Positions 1 through 9,538 are shown, numbered from the stretch's first letter. The stretch: 64,000 bases of DNA from an uncultured Desulfobacter sp. (GCA_963665095.1 OY762069.1:1824001-1888000); one strand, 5' to 3'. The notes: generated by a model from the letters alone, not told the origin. Made by a program: numbers and translations.

Positions 1-1654
1 GAATACCGCACCCATTATCTTCAATCTCAATTATAATATACCCGTCTTGATACCCTGTCCGAATGAGAATAACAGGGCGCTCGGAAAGGCTTACGGCATG
101 AATGGCATTTTGCAGAATATTCACCAGGGCATGTTCTATCATACCGGGGTCAGCAAACAGATCCGGTCCTGCAGAGCTTAAATCCAGGATCAGATGAATA
201 CCCTCCAGGTCTTTCTGTAAAAGCTTCAGAACCAGTTCAACTTTCTGATTCACAGGAAAAAATTCCTGTCTGGGCTCCTGGTCCCTGGCAAAGGCCACCA
301 GATTCCGGGTCAGATTTTTGCCTCTTTGGGTCTGCTCCAGCACCAGCTCAAGAGTGTCTTTGACGCCGGGATCCCGGCAATCCATAAGAGAGAGTCCCAC
401 ATTACCCATGATAATCCCCAGGATATTGTTAAAATCATGGGCCATCTTCCCGGCCACCTGCCCCACCAGGGCCAGTTTCCTGGCTTCGGCAACTTCGGCC
501 AGGGCGTTCATTTTTTCGGCCTGGATCTGCTTCCGGTCACTGATGTCCCGCAGGGCGGTTATGCGGATCCTGCGGCCAAAGGCATTGAACATCCGGCCCT
601 GGATTTCAGCGGGAAAGGTGGTTCCGTCTTTGCGAAGGGCCGTGACCTCATAAGGTTTTTCATACCCTGATAAAATATTATTTTTCACCAGATCCCTGTC
701 ACTGGGCAGTATCCACTCCATACCGTAACGGCCCACAGCCTCATCACGGGTATAGCCGAACATCCTTTGGGCTGTAAGGTTCTGGTCCAGACAGATTCCC
801 TGGTCAGAGAGGAAAATAGATTCAAAAGAGGCATCTGAAAGGGCTGCCAGCCTTGCCTGACTCTCCTGCAGTTCCTTTTGGGCCCGGACCTGGTCTGTAA
901 TGTCCCGACAAAGACAGAACACCACCCGGGACCCTTCCCATATCCCCACATTTGTGCTGACCTCGGCATCAAACAATGAGCCGTCTTTACGGCAGCAGAT
1001 GGTTTTAAACACCTCGCCTGCAACCGGTGTGGCGTTTATCCGTTCAAGGATATGGGACTTGGGGAATTTTGCATCCCAATCCCAAACGTTCAGGTCCGAT
1101 ATCTCTTCCATGGTGTACCCAAGTTTTTGGGCAAAGGCGTGGTTCGCATCCCTGACCCGGCCATGCTGGTCCACGATCACAATGCCTTCCCGGGTACCCT
1201 CCACAAGAAGCCGCAGCCAGGCAACCTCTTTTTCAAGGCCTGCCTGTTTTTTCCTGTTCTCCTTTTCCAGTCGAGCCGCCTGGACAGCAAGATCAAGGTT
1301 CAATTGAAGCTCAACATCTGAACAGGTATCTGGAAGAATTCGAAAAAAATGGGGGTTTCTCCGGGGTACAAGCTTTCCCAAATCTTCCAGCCCGGCCAGG
1401 AATAAAGTAGGGACTGCCCCCTGTTGCCAGAGAATGGCCGCACGTTCCAGGGATGACCGTCTGCCCTGCAAAGCAAGATCCGCCACAACAATCTGTGGAT
1501 AATCTGATATGGCAAGCGTACTATCATCTTCCGGAAAACAGGGATGGCAGGAGACAATAAACCCAAGTCGGCTTAAACGTGCCTCCAGATCCGCACACTC
1601 AGGGCCGGGGTCCATGGCGACCCAGACGGCTTTTGTCTCTTTGTGTTTGCCCAT
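1..1654 (-). CDS. PAS-domain sensor histidine kinase (3' end runs off the window)
   Basis: Not in the ORF track because it is open at the edge. ATG at 1654 is in frame with the H-box GKMAHDFNNILG at ~450-415; PAS-like segments lie upstream. Confidence 0.8.
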   Translation of the reverse strand, partial: MGKHKETKAVWVAMDPGPECADLEARLSRLGFIVSCHPCFPEDDSTLAISDYPQIVVADLALQGRRSSLERAAILWQQGAVPTLFLAGLEDLGKLVPRRNPHFFRILPDTCSDVELQLNLDLAVQAARLEKENRKKQAGLEKEVAWLRLLVEGTREGIVIVDQHGRVRDANHAFAQKLGYTMEEISDLNVWDWDAKFPKSHILERINATPVAGEVFKTICCRKDGSLFDAEVSTNVGIWEGSRVVFCLCRDITDQVRAQKELQESQARLAALSDASFESIFLSDQGICLDQNLTAQRMFGYTRDEAVGRYGMEWILPSDRDLVKNNILSGYEKPYEVTALRKDGTTFPAEIQGRMFNAFGRRIRITALRDISDRKQIQAEKMNALAEVAEARKLALVGQVAGKMAHDFNNILGIIMGNVGLSLMDCRDPGVKDTLELVLEQTQRGKNLTRNLVAFARDQEPRQEFFPVNQKVELVLKLLQKDLEGIHLILDLSSAGPDLFADPGMIEHALVNILQNAIHAVSLSERPVILIRTGYQDGYIIIEIEDNGCGI

Positions 1655-2110
1655 ATCAAATCCCATAACCTAAAAACACCGGTTCGCAAACGACCGGAAA
1701 GGAATGTGACCTAACCCTTATCTTTTTCTATGGGCAAAAGCAAATTCTTTATAGTGTTAATCGGCATGTCTAATCCCGGCCAAGTGCCTTTTTTGACCAG
1801 ACCCGCCCCCATATATTGTGATCGAGGTAAAATTGAAAATCTAAGCCATAATAGACATCGGTGTCGCTTATACCCAATTTTAAAAATAAAGAATCTTGGA
1901 CCGCTGACTCTCAATAACAGCCATGGGCTGACCTGGCATATCAGCACTGAGGTACAGCCCACTGAATCAAGGGGCCTGAAGATTGCAAGATGATAGACAG
2001 CATTAAGAGTATGGTTCCAGCAGCCTTGCCGGATACTTATTTTTTTTCGACATTTAAAATGTAAAAAAGGCATTGCCGCCGGAAAGCAATTTGGTCGTAG
2101 ATCTTTATGG

Positions 2111-3003
2111 CTGAAGTTCGACAGTTAGTTTGCTCAAAACAGTGAAGAACCCCGAAAATACGTTGCCAATATGTAGGAAATGGACGGAAGGTAGTGCCAC
2201 AGAATCAAACGTTTTTTATTGTAATATCAATGTTTGACTTATAATATAGGAATGTCTTTAATAGTTAAGAGGCCCTCAAATGTTTGCAAGAATAAAAAAG
2301 TCCGGCAAGTATCAATATTTGCAGATAGTCGAGAATAGAAAGGAACAGGGTAAGGTCAAACAGCGGGTGATTGCAACAGTCGGACGACTGGATCACCTCC
2401 ATGATAAAGGCAGGGTTGAAACCTTGATCCGGTCCCTGGCCAGATTTTCGGATAAAGCGCTGCTGATCCTTTCCGGGCAAAGTGACGTTAAAGCGGAAAG
2501 CTTAACCATCGGCCCGACATTAATTTTTCAAAGGTTATGGGAAGAAAGTGGAATTCAGGACGTCATCAGATCTTTACTTGCTGAACGGAAATTTGAATTT
2601 GACCTAGAACGGGCGATTTTTCTTACGGTATTACATAGATTGATGACCTCCGGGTCTTGATCAGCTGGTCATGTGTTTTGCAGTTTTCTTGCTCTTTTAT
2701 TGCGAAAAGATCTCGACCGGTGCCTGGCTGAAAATGGATATCATTTTGAATGGAATGATATCAAACAGGACCTGAAAGCACTGAAACGAGTTGAGATTGA
2801 AGAAGATGGTCAACGTTTCTCAATCAGAAGCGAATGTAAGGGGGTATGCGGAAAGATATTTCAATCGGTGCGGGTCGCTCTTCCTTCGACAATTAAGGCG
2901 CTAAATTGATGTAAAAAAGGTAACCGGGTAGTGCCAAGACTTTTTTGTTGTAGGCTATCGCATTGAAATAAAAGAATATTTAAAATCAACTGTCGAAAAT
3001 CAG
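2111..3003 (+). mobile_element. IS1634-family element, internally deleted (non-autonomous)
   Basis: Imperfect terminal IRs CTGAAGTTCGACAGTTAGTTT / CTGATTTTCGACAGTTGATTT (rc). GTAGTGCCA occurs near both ends. It encodes only the N- and C-terminal transposase pieces. Confidence 0.8.
2280..2909 (+). pseudogene. IS1634-family transposase remnant
   Basis: N-terminus MFARIKKSGKYQYLQIVENR..VKQRVIATVGRLD stops at 2660 and is joined directly to the C-terminal GHVFCSFLALLL segment; the catalytic middle is missing. Confidence 0.8.
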
Positions 3004-3774
3004 TTTACAGATAAAATTGGGGGGGGGACTGGCAAACGCCGGTCCCCGATTTACTTTAAAAACATCATACCTTGTGCCAAGCCGTTATGACAAGGATATT
3101 GAGACTACAAACGATAAAGCTCACCCTCGAATTGTGGGAGGCCGAAGGACTGAAAAAAGAATTGAACGGCTTTATTGACAAGGGTTCAGGTCCACAATGA
3201 TACCATTATTGCGGTCTGCTAAAAAATTTGAATTAGTAGGAATCGGAACCCCCAGGATACACGTAATATTGCTCGCTGTTTTGATGATTTCAAAAGTGTG
3301 GACGTACAGATAAGATGAGAAGGCTGGAACCCACCGTGGTATAATTTCACGGTAAGGAAAATTTAATAAAGGAGGTACCAGCCATGAAACGTAATATCAC
3401 TATTGGTATGGATTTGGGAGATCAGAAAAATGTGGTCGTTGCAATGGATGAAACAGGAAAAGAAATTGAAACAAAAACCATTGTTGAGTCGCATTTTATC
3501 CTGACTTAAATTTTCTAATTATTTTGAACAGATTAAATCTTTTCCATATTATTTAAGACAGCTACAGAAGTCGCTGCGCTCCTTCTCAGTAGGTTTTTAA
3601 GGCATAGGCAGAACAGCTTGAATAAAGCAGAAAGGGGAAGCAGGTAATCCCCACTTCCCCTGGCGCATTATTCAATGCTGCCTGCTTCCGGCTATCCCTT
3701 ACCAGGTTGCTCCTCAGCAGAGCCCGGCTCCGTTTCACCGAAATCGTAATATTCTGCTCTATGGCTGTTTTTTC

Positions 3775-4584
3775 TTAAAAAATTTCCGATGAAGCAATGC
3801 GGACATGCTCTGCAGATACCGTCATTGATTTTTCTGCCGCAGCAGCAATCAATGAGCCTCTGGCAAGATTATTCGCCTTTCGTAAAAGGCCGCCGGAGCC
3901 TTGATGAATCGCAGTCACCGCCTGGTCAGAAAAAAAGTTGGTGTCAACACCGCATAGTTTTAAATGATGGATCAGGTAAGTTTTCATTCCAGCCACATCC
4001 AGACCATCCAGATGGCTTTTAGCCACAATCCTGGATGCAAACGGGATTGACGTCCGGTACTGAAGCTTATCTATCAATGTCGGCTGACCTGCAAGGATCA
4101 CAGGCAGCCAGGGCATGGCGTCTTTTTCAAATTGAACCAGGGTGTGAAGTTCGGCAAAGACTTCCATGCGAAGCAGAGATGCCTCATCTATAATCAAAAC
4201 GGTTTTGATCTTTTTTCCCAGGACGAATTCACGTATTTCATTTTTAATAATGGAGATCATAACAGCGCGGGACGTCGATGTCCGCTCTATGCCCAGTTCT
4301 TCAACAATCTGCCGGTAAAGTTCCATGATGGAACCGCTTGAGGCCGTAACATAAAAGACTTTGTATTCCGAAGGGTGTAGGGATGAGGCGGCATACCTTA
4401 AGGCGGTGGACTTTCCGCTGCCCACATCCCCTGTGATAACCGCACTGCAGCCAAGTCTTAAGGAATAATCAATCCGATTTTTAACGCCCGAGACCTCCGG
4501 GGTGACCAGGATATCATTGATTTCTATCTGCGCCGGGAAGGCCTCCCTGGATAAGCCAAAAAAGGTGCGATACATTTCACTCAT
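3775..4584 (-). CDS. ExeA/TniB-like AAA+ ATPase (transposition helper)
   Basis: Walker A GDVGSGKS, Walker B LIIDEA, LAGQP motif; start overlaps the transposase stop. Confidence 0.88.
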   Translation of the reverse strand: MSEMYRTFFGLSREAFPAQIEINDILVTPEVSGVKNRIDYSLRLGCSAVITGDVGSGKSTALRYAASSLHPSEYKVFYVTASSGSIMELYRQIVEELGIERTSTSRAVMISIIKNEIREFVLGKKIKTVLIIDEASLLRMEVFAELHTLVQFEKDAMPWLPVILAGQPTLIDKLQYRTSIPFASRIVAKSHLDGLDVAGMKTYLIHHLKLCGVDTNFFSDQAVTAIHQGSGGLLRKANNLARGSLIAAAAEKSMTVSAEHVRIASSEIF

Positions 4585-5837
4585 AACAGTTGCCCTCCCT
4601 TGTAATTTGAGGGTTCAGGCATAATCCGGATATCATTTTCGTTCCAGCGGTGCCGCTTGACCCGACAGTTCACAGCAAGGTCCACCGGGGTTAACAAGCC
4701 ATAAGACTTTGCTTTATAGATAACTTCAGCCTGCAAAGGGGTGTCCTCATGGTACTTTACATCCACATGTCTGCCGATCAGCGCAACCGGGGCCTCAAAC
4801 ATGTTGCCGTCAAGGGTGATGGTTCGGTCCTTTGCCACCTTGCGCCGGGCGGTTTTGCGGAAGTGGTCTTTCAGATCCGGTGGGGCGGTACGGATGCACT
4901 CCATGGCCGAGGTAAATCTTTTAAACGGTGATTCGCCTGTGGAGCTGTGTTTACGCTGATGGTACTCATTATGAAGCCACTTCTCAAATGCCCCATTCAG
5001 ATCATCCAGGGTCTTACCTGTAAATCTTTGCAGAAACTGAAGCCGAACCGTTCTGAACCAGCGCTCGATTTTACCTTTCCCCTGGGGCTTATATGGCCTT
5101 GCATGGATTAAAGCGATGGACAGAGACGCTGCTACATATTTTAAATGATGGGATCTGAACGCAGGACCGTTATCTACATACAGCTTGCGGGGAAGCCCAC
5201 GGCTCAAAAAAGCCTGCTCCAGCACCATAAGATAGGTCTTCAGATTCTCAGATAAATAAAAACCTGCAGCCGTAACCAGCCTGGAATGATCGTCCATAAT
5301 GGCAATCAGGTACGTTTTTCTTTGCTTATCCTGAACCAGGACTGTAGGGCCGTGCATGACGTCGCTTTGCCACATATCATTGGGGTGCGGGGCTTCAAAC
5401 TTTCTTCTATCCTCTGGCCGGGCCGTGTTCATTAGCCCCCGGCCGCGTAAAAAACGGTATACACTGGATGGACTGTATGTCTGGCATGTAGTTTTTTGAA
5501 GTGAACAGATCAATGTATCGACTGTCGCATCAGGCTGGTCTAACCGGAGTTTGATTAGTTGAGATGCAGTCTCGTCATCGAATACCCTTGATTTTCCCTG
5601 GTCTGAACGGTCTTTGGGGTAAAGAGACTCTATTCGACCGTTATACTGCCGGACCCATCCCAGAATCGTACTTCTGGAAAGCCTGGTCCTTCCAGAATAC
5701 GGGATGGACCATTTGCGGGCGCACTTCTGCTGTAAAATTCGTTCTTTTTCACCGTAATCAAAATTTGTTCCGGTCACAAATTCACAAATGACCCCAAACC
5801 TGAACACGGCAACCTCTTTTTTCTGATTTTCTGTCAT
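4581..5837 (-). CDS. DDE (rve) transposase with Mu-like C-terminal domain
   Basis: WQSDVMHGP, DDHSRL, YVDNG and GKGKIERWF motifs; N-terminal HTH; RBS AAGGAGG. Confidence 0.92.
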   Translation of the reverse strand: MTENQKKEVAVFRFGVICEFVTGTNFDYGEKERILQQKCARKWSIPYSGRTRLSRSTILGWVRQYNGRIESLYPKDRSDQGKSRVFDDETASQLIKLRLDQPDATVDTLICSLQKTTCQTYSPSSVYRFLRGRGLMNTARPEDRRKFEAPHPNDMWQSDVMHGPTVLVQDKQRKTYLIAIMDDHSRLVTAAGFYLSENLKTYLMVLEQAFLSRGLPRKLYVDNGPAFRSHHLKYVAASLSIALIHARPYKPQGKGKIERWFRTVRLQFLQRFTGKTLDDLNGAFEKWLHNEYHQRKHSSTGESPFKRFTSAMECIRTAPPDLKDHFRKTARRKVAKDRTITLDGNMFEAPVALIGRHVDVKYHEDTPLQAEVIYKAKSYGLLTPVDLAVNCRVKRHRWNENDIRIMPEPSNYKGGQLL

Positions 5838-5940
5838 ACTTCCTCCTTAAAATTTGGTTCTAAGGGCTTGTATGACAGTATGATCCTTCGGTAAATCACA
5901 GCCTTCGGTAGGGTGGTTTAAACCTGATCCAGCCCCATGG

Positions 5941-6387
5941 TTAAATTGAACTGGTAACCGGGATTTTACCCATACCGATTAGCTTGATAAAACCAGCAAC
6001 CACACCTTTGTCCCAACTGTTGGACAGGTAGGCCGCTATATTTCGTTTCAATGCAGTAAACCAAAAATGCTGTCGACTCCAGGAGAGTTCCGGCAGATAC
6101 CGGTCTGTGTATAGACGACTCATAATGCTGGTAAGGATTTGCCAGATACTGGCCTGGAACCTCTTGAAAAAACCATATGGCTTCAATTTGAATACGGTTT
6201 TGCAATAGGGGCAGCGATATCGCTTCAAATACACCCCTTGATCAAATCCATCAAAAAAGGAGAGTACAAAGCCGTGTCCCCACAGCCTGGAGTCGTTGCA
6301 ATGTGGACATCGTGACGGTTTTGGCCATGTAAAATTTTTGCCCTGCTTGAAAATTTGCTTGATATCAGCTTTGACCTTTATTATCAT
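5941..6387 (-). CDS. Transposon-associated Zn-ribbon protein (DUF6431-like)
   Basis: CPHC...CPYC pairs; first gene inside the element ends. Confidence 0.65.
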   Translation of the reverse strand: MIIKVKADIKQIFKQGKNFTWPKPSRCPHCNDSRLWGHGFVLSFFDGFDQGVYLKRYRCPYCKTVFKLKPYGFFKRFQASIWQILTSIMSRLYTDRYLPELSWSRQHFWFTALKRNIAAYLSNSWDKGVVAGFIKLIGMGKIPVTSSI

Positions 6388-7925
6388 TTTTATGGTTGTT
6401 TTGGGATTTTATAAATCCCGGTCTTAAGGGCGAGGCTCTGCAAAGCTTTTCGCCCTTTTCATTTTTGTCAGAATGCTTTGATCAGAACCTGTACAGGATA
6501 ATTTGAGAAAAATGGAACTTTGTCAATTTAATATGAAAAATTTGGCGGGTTTTTGTTCAGGTTATTTCGGGAATCTACACCATTCGCAATACAGAACTTT
6601 CTCTCCGAAAATTTTTCTCCCGATATTGCGATGCCACTGTTGCCATTGAAGCTGGGACCCATTCTCCGTGGATTAGTAGGTTGTTAAAAGAAATCGGTTG
6701 TACCGTATATATTGGCAATCCACGAAAATTAAGGATTATCTGGGACAGCAATGATAAATCAGATCTCCGGGATGCAAGAATTCTTGCAATGGTTTGCCGG
6801 GTTGAACCCAGATTGCTATGGCCAATAAAGCATAGAGACAGACAAGCCTATGCTGATTTAGGGATCATTAAAGCAAGAGACACCCTGGTGCAAAACCGTG
6901 TTCGAATGATCAATCATATCCGTAGTGTTACCAAAACAAGTGGCAGCAGAATCCCAAAATGCAGCACACCAAGTTTTTCAAAACGGGCGCCAGATTACAT
7001 ACCAAAAGAATCAAGAGGGTCGCTTGACCCATTAATAACCACGATTGATCACCTGACTCAACAAATTAAAGAAATGGATCGTCAAATCAACAAATTATGC
7101 AAAAAGTATTCTGAAACTGAAAAATTACTTCAAGTACCGGGTGTTGGTCCAATCACCGCCTTGGCTTTTGTTTTAACAATAGAAGATCCCCATCGTTTTA
7201 CAAAAAGTCGCCAAGTAGGGGCTTTCCTGGGATTGACACCTAAACGAGACCAATCTGGGAAATGCGATAAACAACTACGAATAAGCAAGGCGGGTAATAC
7301 ATATTTAAGATCTTTGCTTGTCAGTTGTGGACATTACATCATCGGCCCTTTTGGGCCAGAATGTGATTTGCGCGCATTTGGATTATCAATAGTTTTACGT
7401 GGTGGCAAAAATGCAAAGAAGCGTGCCGCGGTAGCTTTGGCCAGAAAACTTGCTGTTCTACTACATAGGTTATGGATAAGTGATCAGAAGTATAATTGCT
7501 TTTATAGTGACGTTGCTAACACAGCTGCATAGGTTTGATTTAAACCCATGACGTCCTGTCCAGGAGACTGCGGACTATCCCTTGCACCGATTTGAAGTGG
7601 ACCCCATGTCAAGACCGATTTTAACGTTTTTTAAGCTACATTTTCTCTGTTTCTAATTTCGAATCAGCCTGTTAAAGACCCTCTTTTCCGGCATATTTTT
7701 CTTGATATTTAATACCGCTATGTTATCCTCCCGCCGCCAACCCGGAGGATAGGGCAATGCTGGGAAGCAACCTGAGCGCCGTGGCTGGCGACGAAGACAT
7801 GGGGGCAGTATACGTTTAATGTATGCTGTCCTTCCCCCATGTTTTTGTCCTTAATGCGTTAAATCCTCGCGCCTTAGCGCGAAATCAATACCCCGTAGGG
7901 CCGCCGGAGGCATCAGGCCTTTCCT

Positions 7926-8732
7926 TTAAGCCGCTCGATAGACCGAAAACGGCACCTTATACCCCAGGGCTGAATGAAGTCTCTCCCGATTATAAAACCC
8001 GATAAACGCTTTTAACGATTGCTGAGCCTCTCTTACCGTTCTGTAGTCCTTCAAATAGACTTCTTCGTATTTAATCGTTCTCCACAGCCGTTCCACAAAA
8101 ACGTTGTCCAAGGCTCTGCCCTTTGAATCCATGCTGATTTTGATGTTTTTAGCCTGGAGTATCTTCAAAAATTTTAATGAAGTGAACTGACTACCCTGGT
8201 CAGTGTTGAAAATCTCAGGTGTCGATACAATCAATGCCTCCTCAAGGGCCTCAATACAAAATGTATTCTCAAGGGTGTTACTGAGGCGCCATGAAAGGAC
8301 ATATCTGCTAAACCAATCCATAACCGCCAATAAGTACATAAATCCGTTTCCAATTCTAATGTATGTGATATCTGTACTCCATACCTGATCTGGCCTGTCA
8401 ATTACGGCATTTTTCAGCAAATAGGGGTAAACTTTATGGCTTTCATCCCTCCTTGTTGTTTTAGGTCCTGGGTAAATCGCTTCTATTCTCATCAGCTTCA
8501 TCAGGCGCTGTACTCGTTTCCTGCTTACCGGATACCCCATATTGTTCAGCCAGGCTGTAAGCCTACGGCTTCCATAAAAGGGGGTTTTGGTATGCTGCTC
8601 ATCAAGCAGATCCATAAGGGTTAATGTATACGGGCTTATGGCTACCGGCCTGTAATACAACGCCCCTTTTGAAACCTGAAGCAGTTCACACTGCCGGTTA
8701 ATGCTGATGGAAGGATGTTGTTTATCTATCAA
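7926..8732 (-). CDS. IS3 transposase OrfB (DDE integrase core)
   Basis: YGSRR, WSTDITY, NTDQGSQF and DNVFVERLW motifs. Confidence 0.92.
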   Translation of the reverse strand: MIDKQHPSISINRQCELLQVSKGALYYRPVAISPYTLTLMDLLDEQHTKTPFYGSRRLTAWLNNMGYPVSRKRVQRLMKLMRIEAIYPGPKTTRRDESHKVYPYLLKNAVIDRPDQVWSTDITYIRIGNGFMYLLAVMDWFSRYVLSWRLSNTLENTFCIEALEEALIVSTPEIFNTDQGSQFTSLKFLKILQAKNIKISMDSKGRALDNVFVERLWRTIKYEEVYLKDYRTVREAQQSLKAFIGFYNRERLHSALGYKVPFSVYRAA

Positions 8733-8742
8733 CCCCCTTCTG

Positions 8743-9027
8743 TCAGAGATTGATTGTATTAACCTTTTTTTTTAACCAGTCATTCTCAACTTCGAGCTGA
8801 CCGATTTTCTTATATAATTCGTCTATTAGATTCTGAGTATCATTTGGGCTTTTCTTTTTCGCTGATGAAAACAACGTCGGAAGACCCTCTATCGCTTCTT
8901 TCTTCCATCTGTTTAACATAGTTCGATGAACCTGGTATTTGGATGACAACTCCGCAAGAGTTTCATTTTCTCGAATCACATCAACTACAACTTTAGCTTT
9001 GAACTTTCCGGTATAATTTTTTCTCAT
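8743..9027 (-). CDS. IS3 transposase OrfA (HTH)
   Basis: MRKNYTGKFKAKVV..WLKKK; RBS AAGGAGG upstream of ATG 9027; A9G run at 8764-8773. Confidence 0.88.
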   Translation of the reverse strand: MRKNYTGKFKAKVVVDVIRENETLAELSSKYQVHRTMLNRWKKEAIEGLPTLFSSAKKKSPNDTQNLIDELYKKIGQLEVENDWLKKKVNTINL

Positions 9028-9538
9028 GGACCTCCTTTTTCGGTACAAATTTGAACCGGGTTTTTATCACCTCATATGTACCTTAGCAACTGGTTCAAAT
9101 TTCGGGGTCCATTATAATTAGCTGCCGCTAATAAACATAACGAGTGCGCGTAACAGATTGCAGCTCCTGCCGACGGATCTTAACATGCACCGGGACAATG
9201 GCAGGTCCCCCAAAGAGTGCGAATGGAAGCGTGACGGTTTGGGTTTTAAAAAGGGGTGAGATAAAAACCCGCTCCAGCGGGAGCCAATTCCCTCCGACGG
9301 GCAGTTTTTGTGGTGCCCATTCTCAGGACTGGCTCCCACTTCCGCTGGACTGAGCGGTTAAATTAACACCCATAAAATTGATGTTCGTGAATCGAACACT
9401 TGACTTGCCTTCTCATGGAAGGGATAGTCTGGGGTACTCATCGCCCTCTAAAAATAAGTTGGCCTCGAAAGTAGTCCTCACTATTGACACATGATCTATG
9501 TTTACCGCCGTGAGCTCATAGGTGGTGTTCCTTCGATT

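Larger units (their letters stand above)
3482..6579 (-). mobile_element. Three-gene DDE transposon (Zn-finger ORF + rve/Mu-like transposase + ExeA-like ATPase), IS21/Mu-like
   Basis: TG...CA ends (TGTTGAGTCGC / TGTAGATTCCC rc) and 4-bp target duplication CCAT (3478-3481, 6580-6583). About three imperfect AT-rich sub-terminal repeats at each end. Confidence 0.88.
3384..7532 (+). pseudogene. IS110-family DEDD recombinase interrupted at codon ~33
   Basis: AAGGAGG RBS, then MKRNITIGMDLG (3384-3481). It continues in frame at 6584 (..RNTELSLRKF..AIEAG..KSDLRDA..PGVGPITA..LGLTPKRDQSG) and gives 348 aa when the insertion and one TSD copy are removed. Confidence 0.9.
7593..9116 (-). mobile_element. 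IS3-family insertion sequence
   Basis: IRs TGAAGTGGACCCC / TATAATGGACCCC (rc); 3-bp target duplication ATT (7590-7592, 9117-9119); orfA and orfB. Confidence 0.92.
7540..9260 (+). ncRNA. Bridge/seek RNA of the IS1111-group element, split by IS3 (pieces ~7540-7592 and ~9120-9260; ends approximate)
   Basis: Two loops share the scaffold CGG-[9 nt]-TGCACC..GAGTGCG-[8 nt]; guides match the target and donor. Stem 7561-7571/9160-9169 and hairpin ATTAGC-TGCC-GCTAAT are restored when IS3 is removed. Confidence 0.8.
3308..9421 (+). mobile_element. IS110-family (IS1111-group) element carrying two nested insertions
   Basis: Sub-terminal IRs ATGAGAAGGC (3315-3324) / GCCTTCTCAT (9407-9416). AG core at both junctions (3308-3309, 9420-9421). 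DEDD recombinase gene and a long 3' non-coding region. Confidence 0.88.

Noticed and set aside
1711..2073. ORFs and possible riboswitch or integrase remnant upstream of the kinase
   Set aside because: No recognisable protein motif; TPP, c-di-GMP and 6S consensus elements could not be matched.
6681..7532. 283-aa ORF as a complete IS110 transposase
   Set aside because: It lacks the first catalytic Asp; the true start is at 3384, beyond the inserted transposon.
7752..7790. Group I or II intron core
   Set aside because: AATGCTGGGAA resembles a P element, but no Q/R/S elements or domain V were found.
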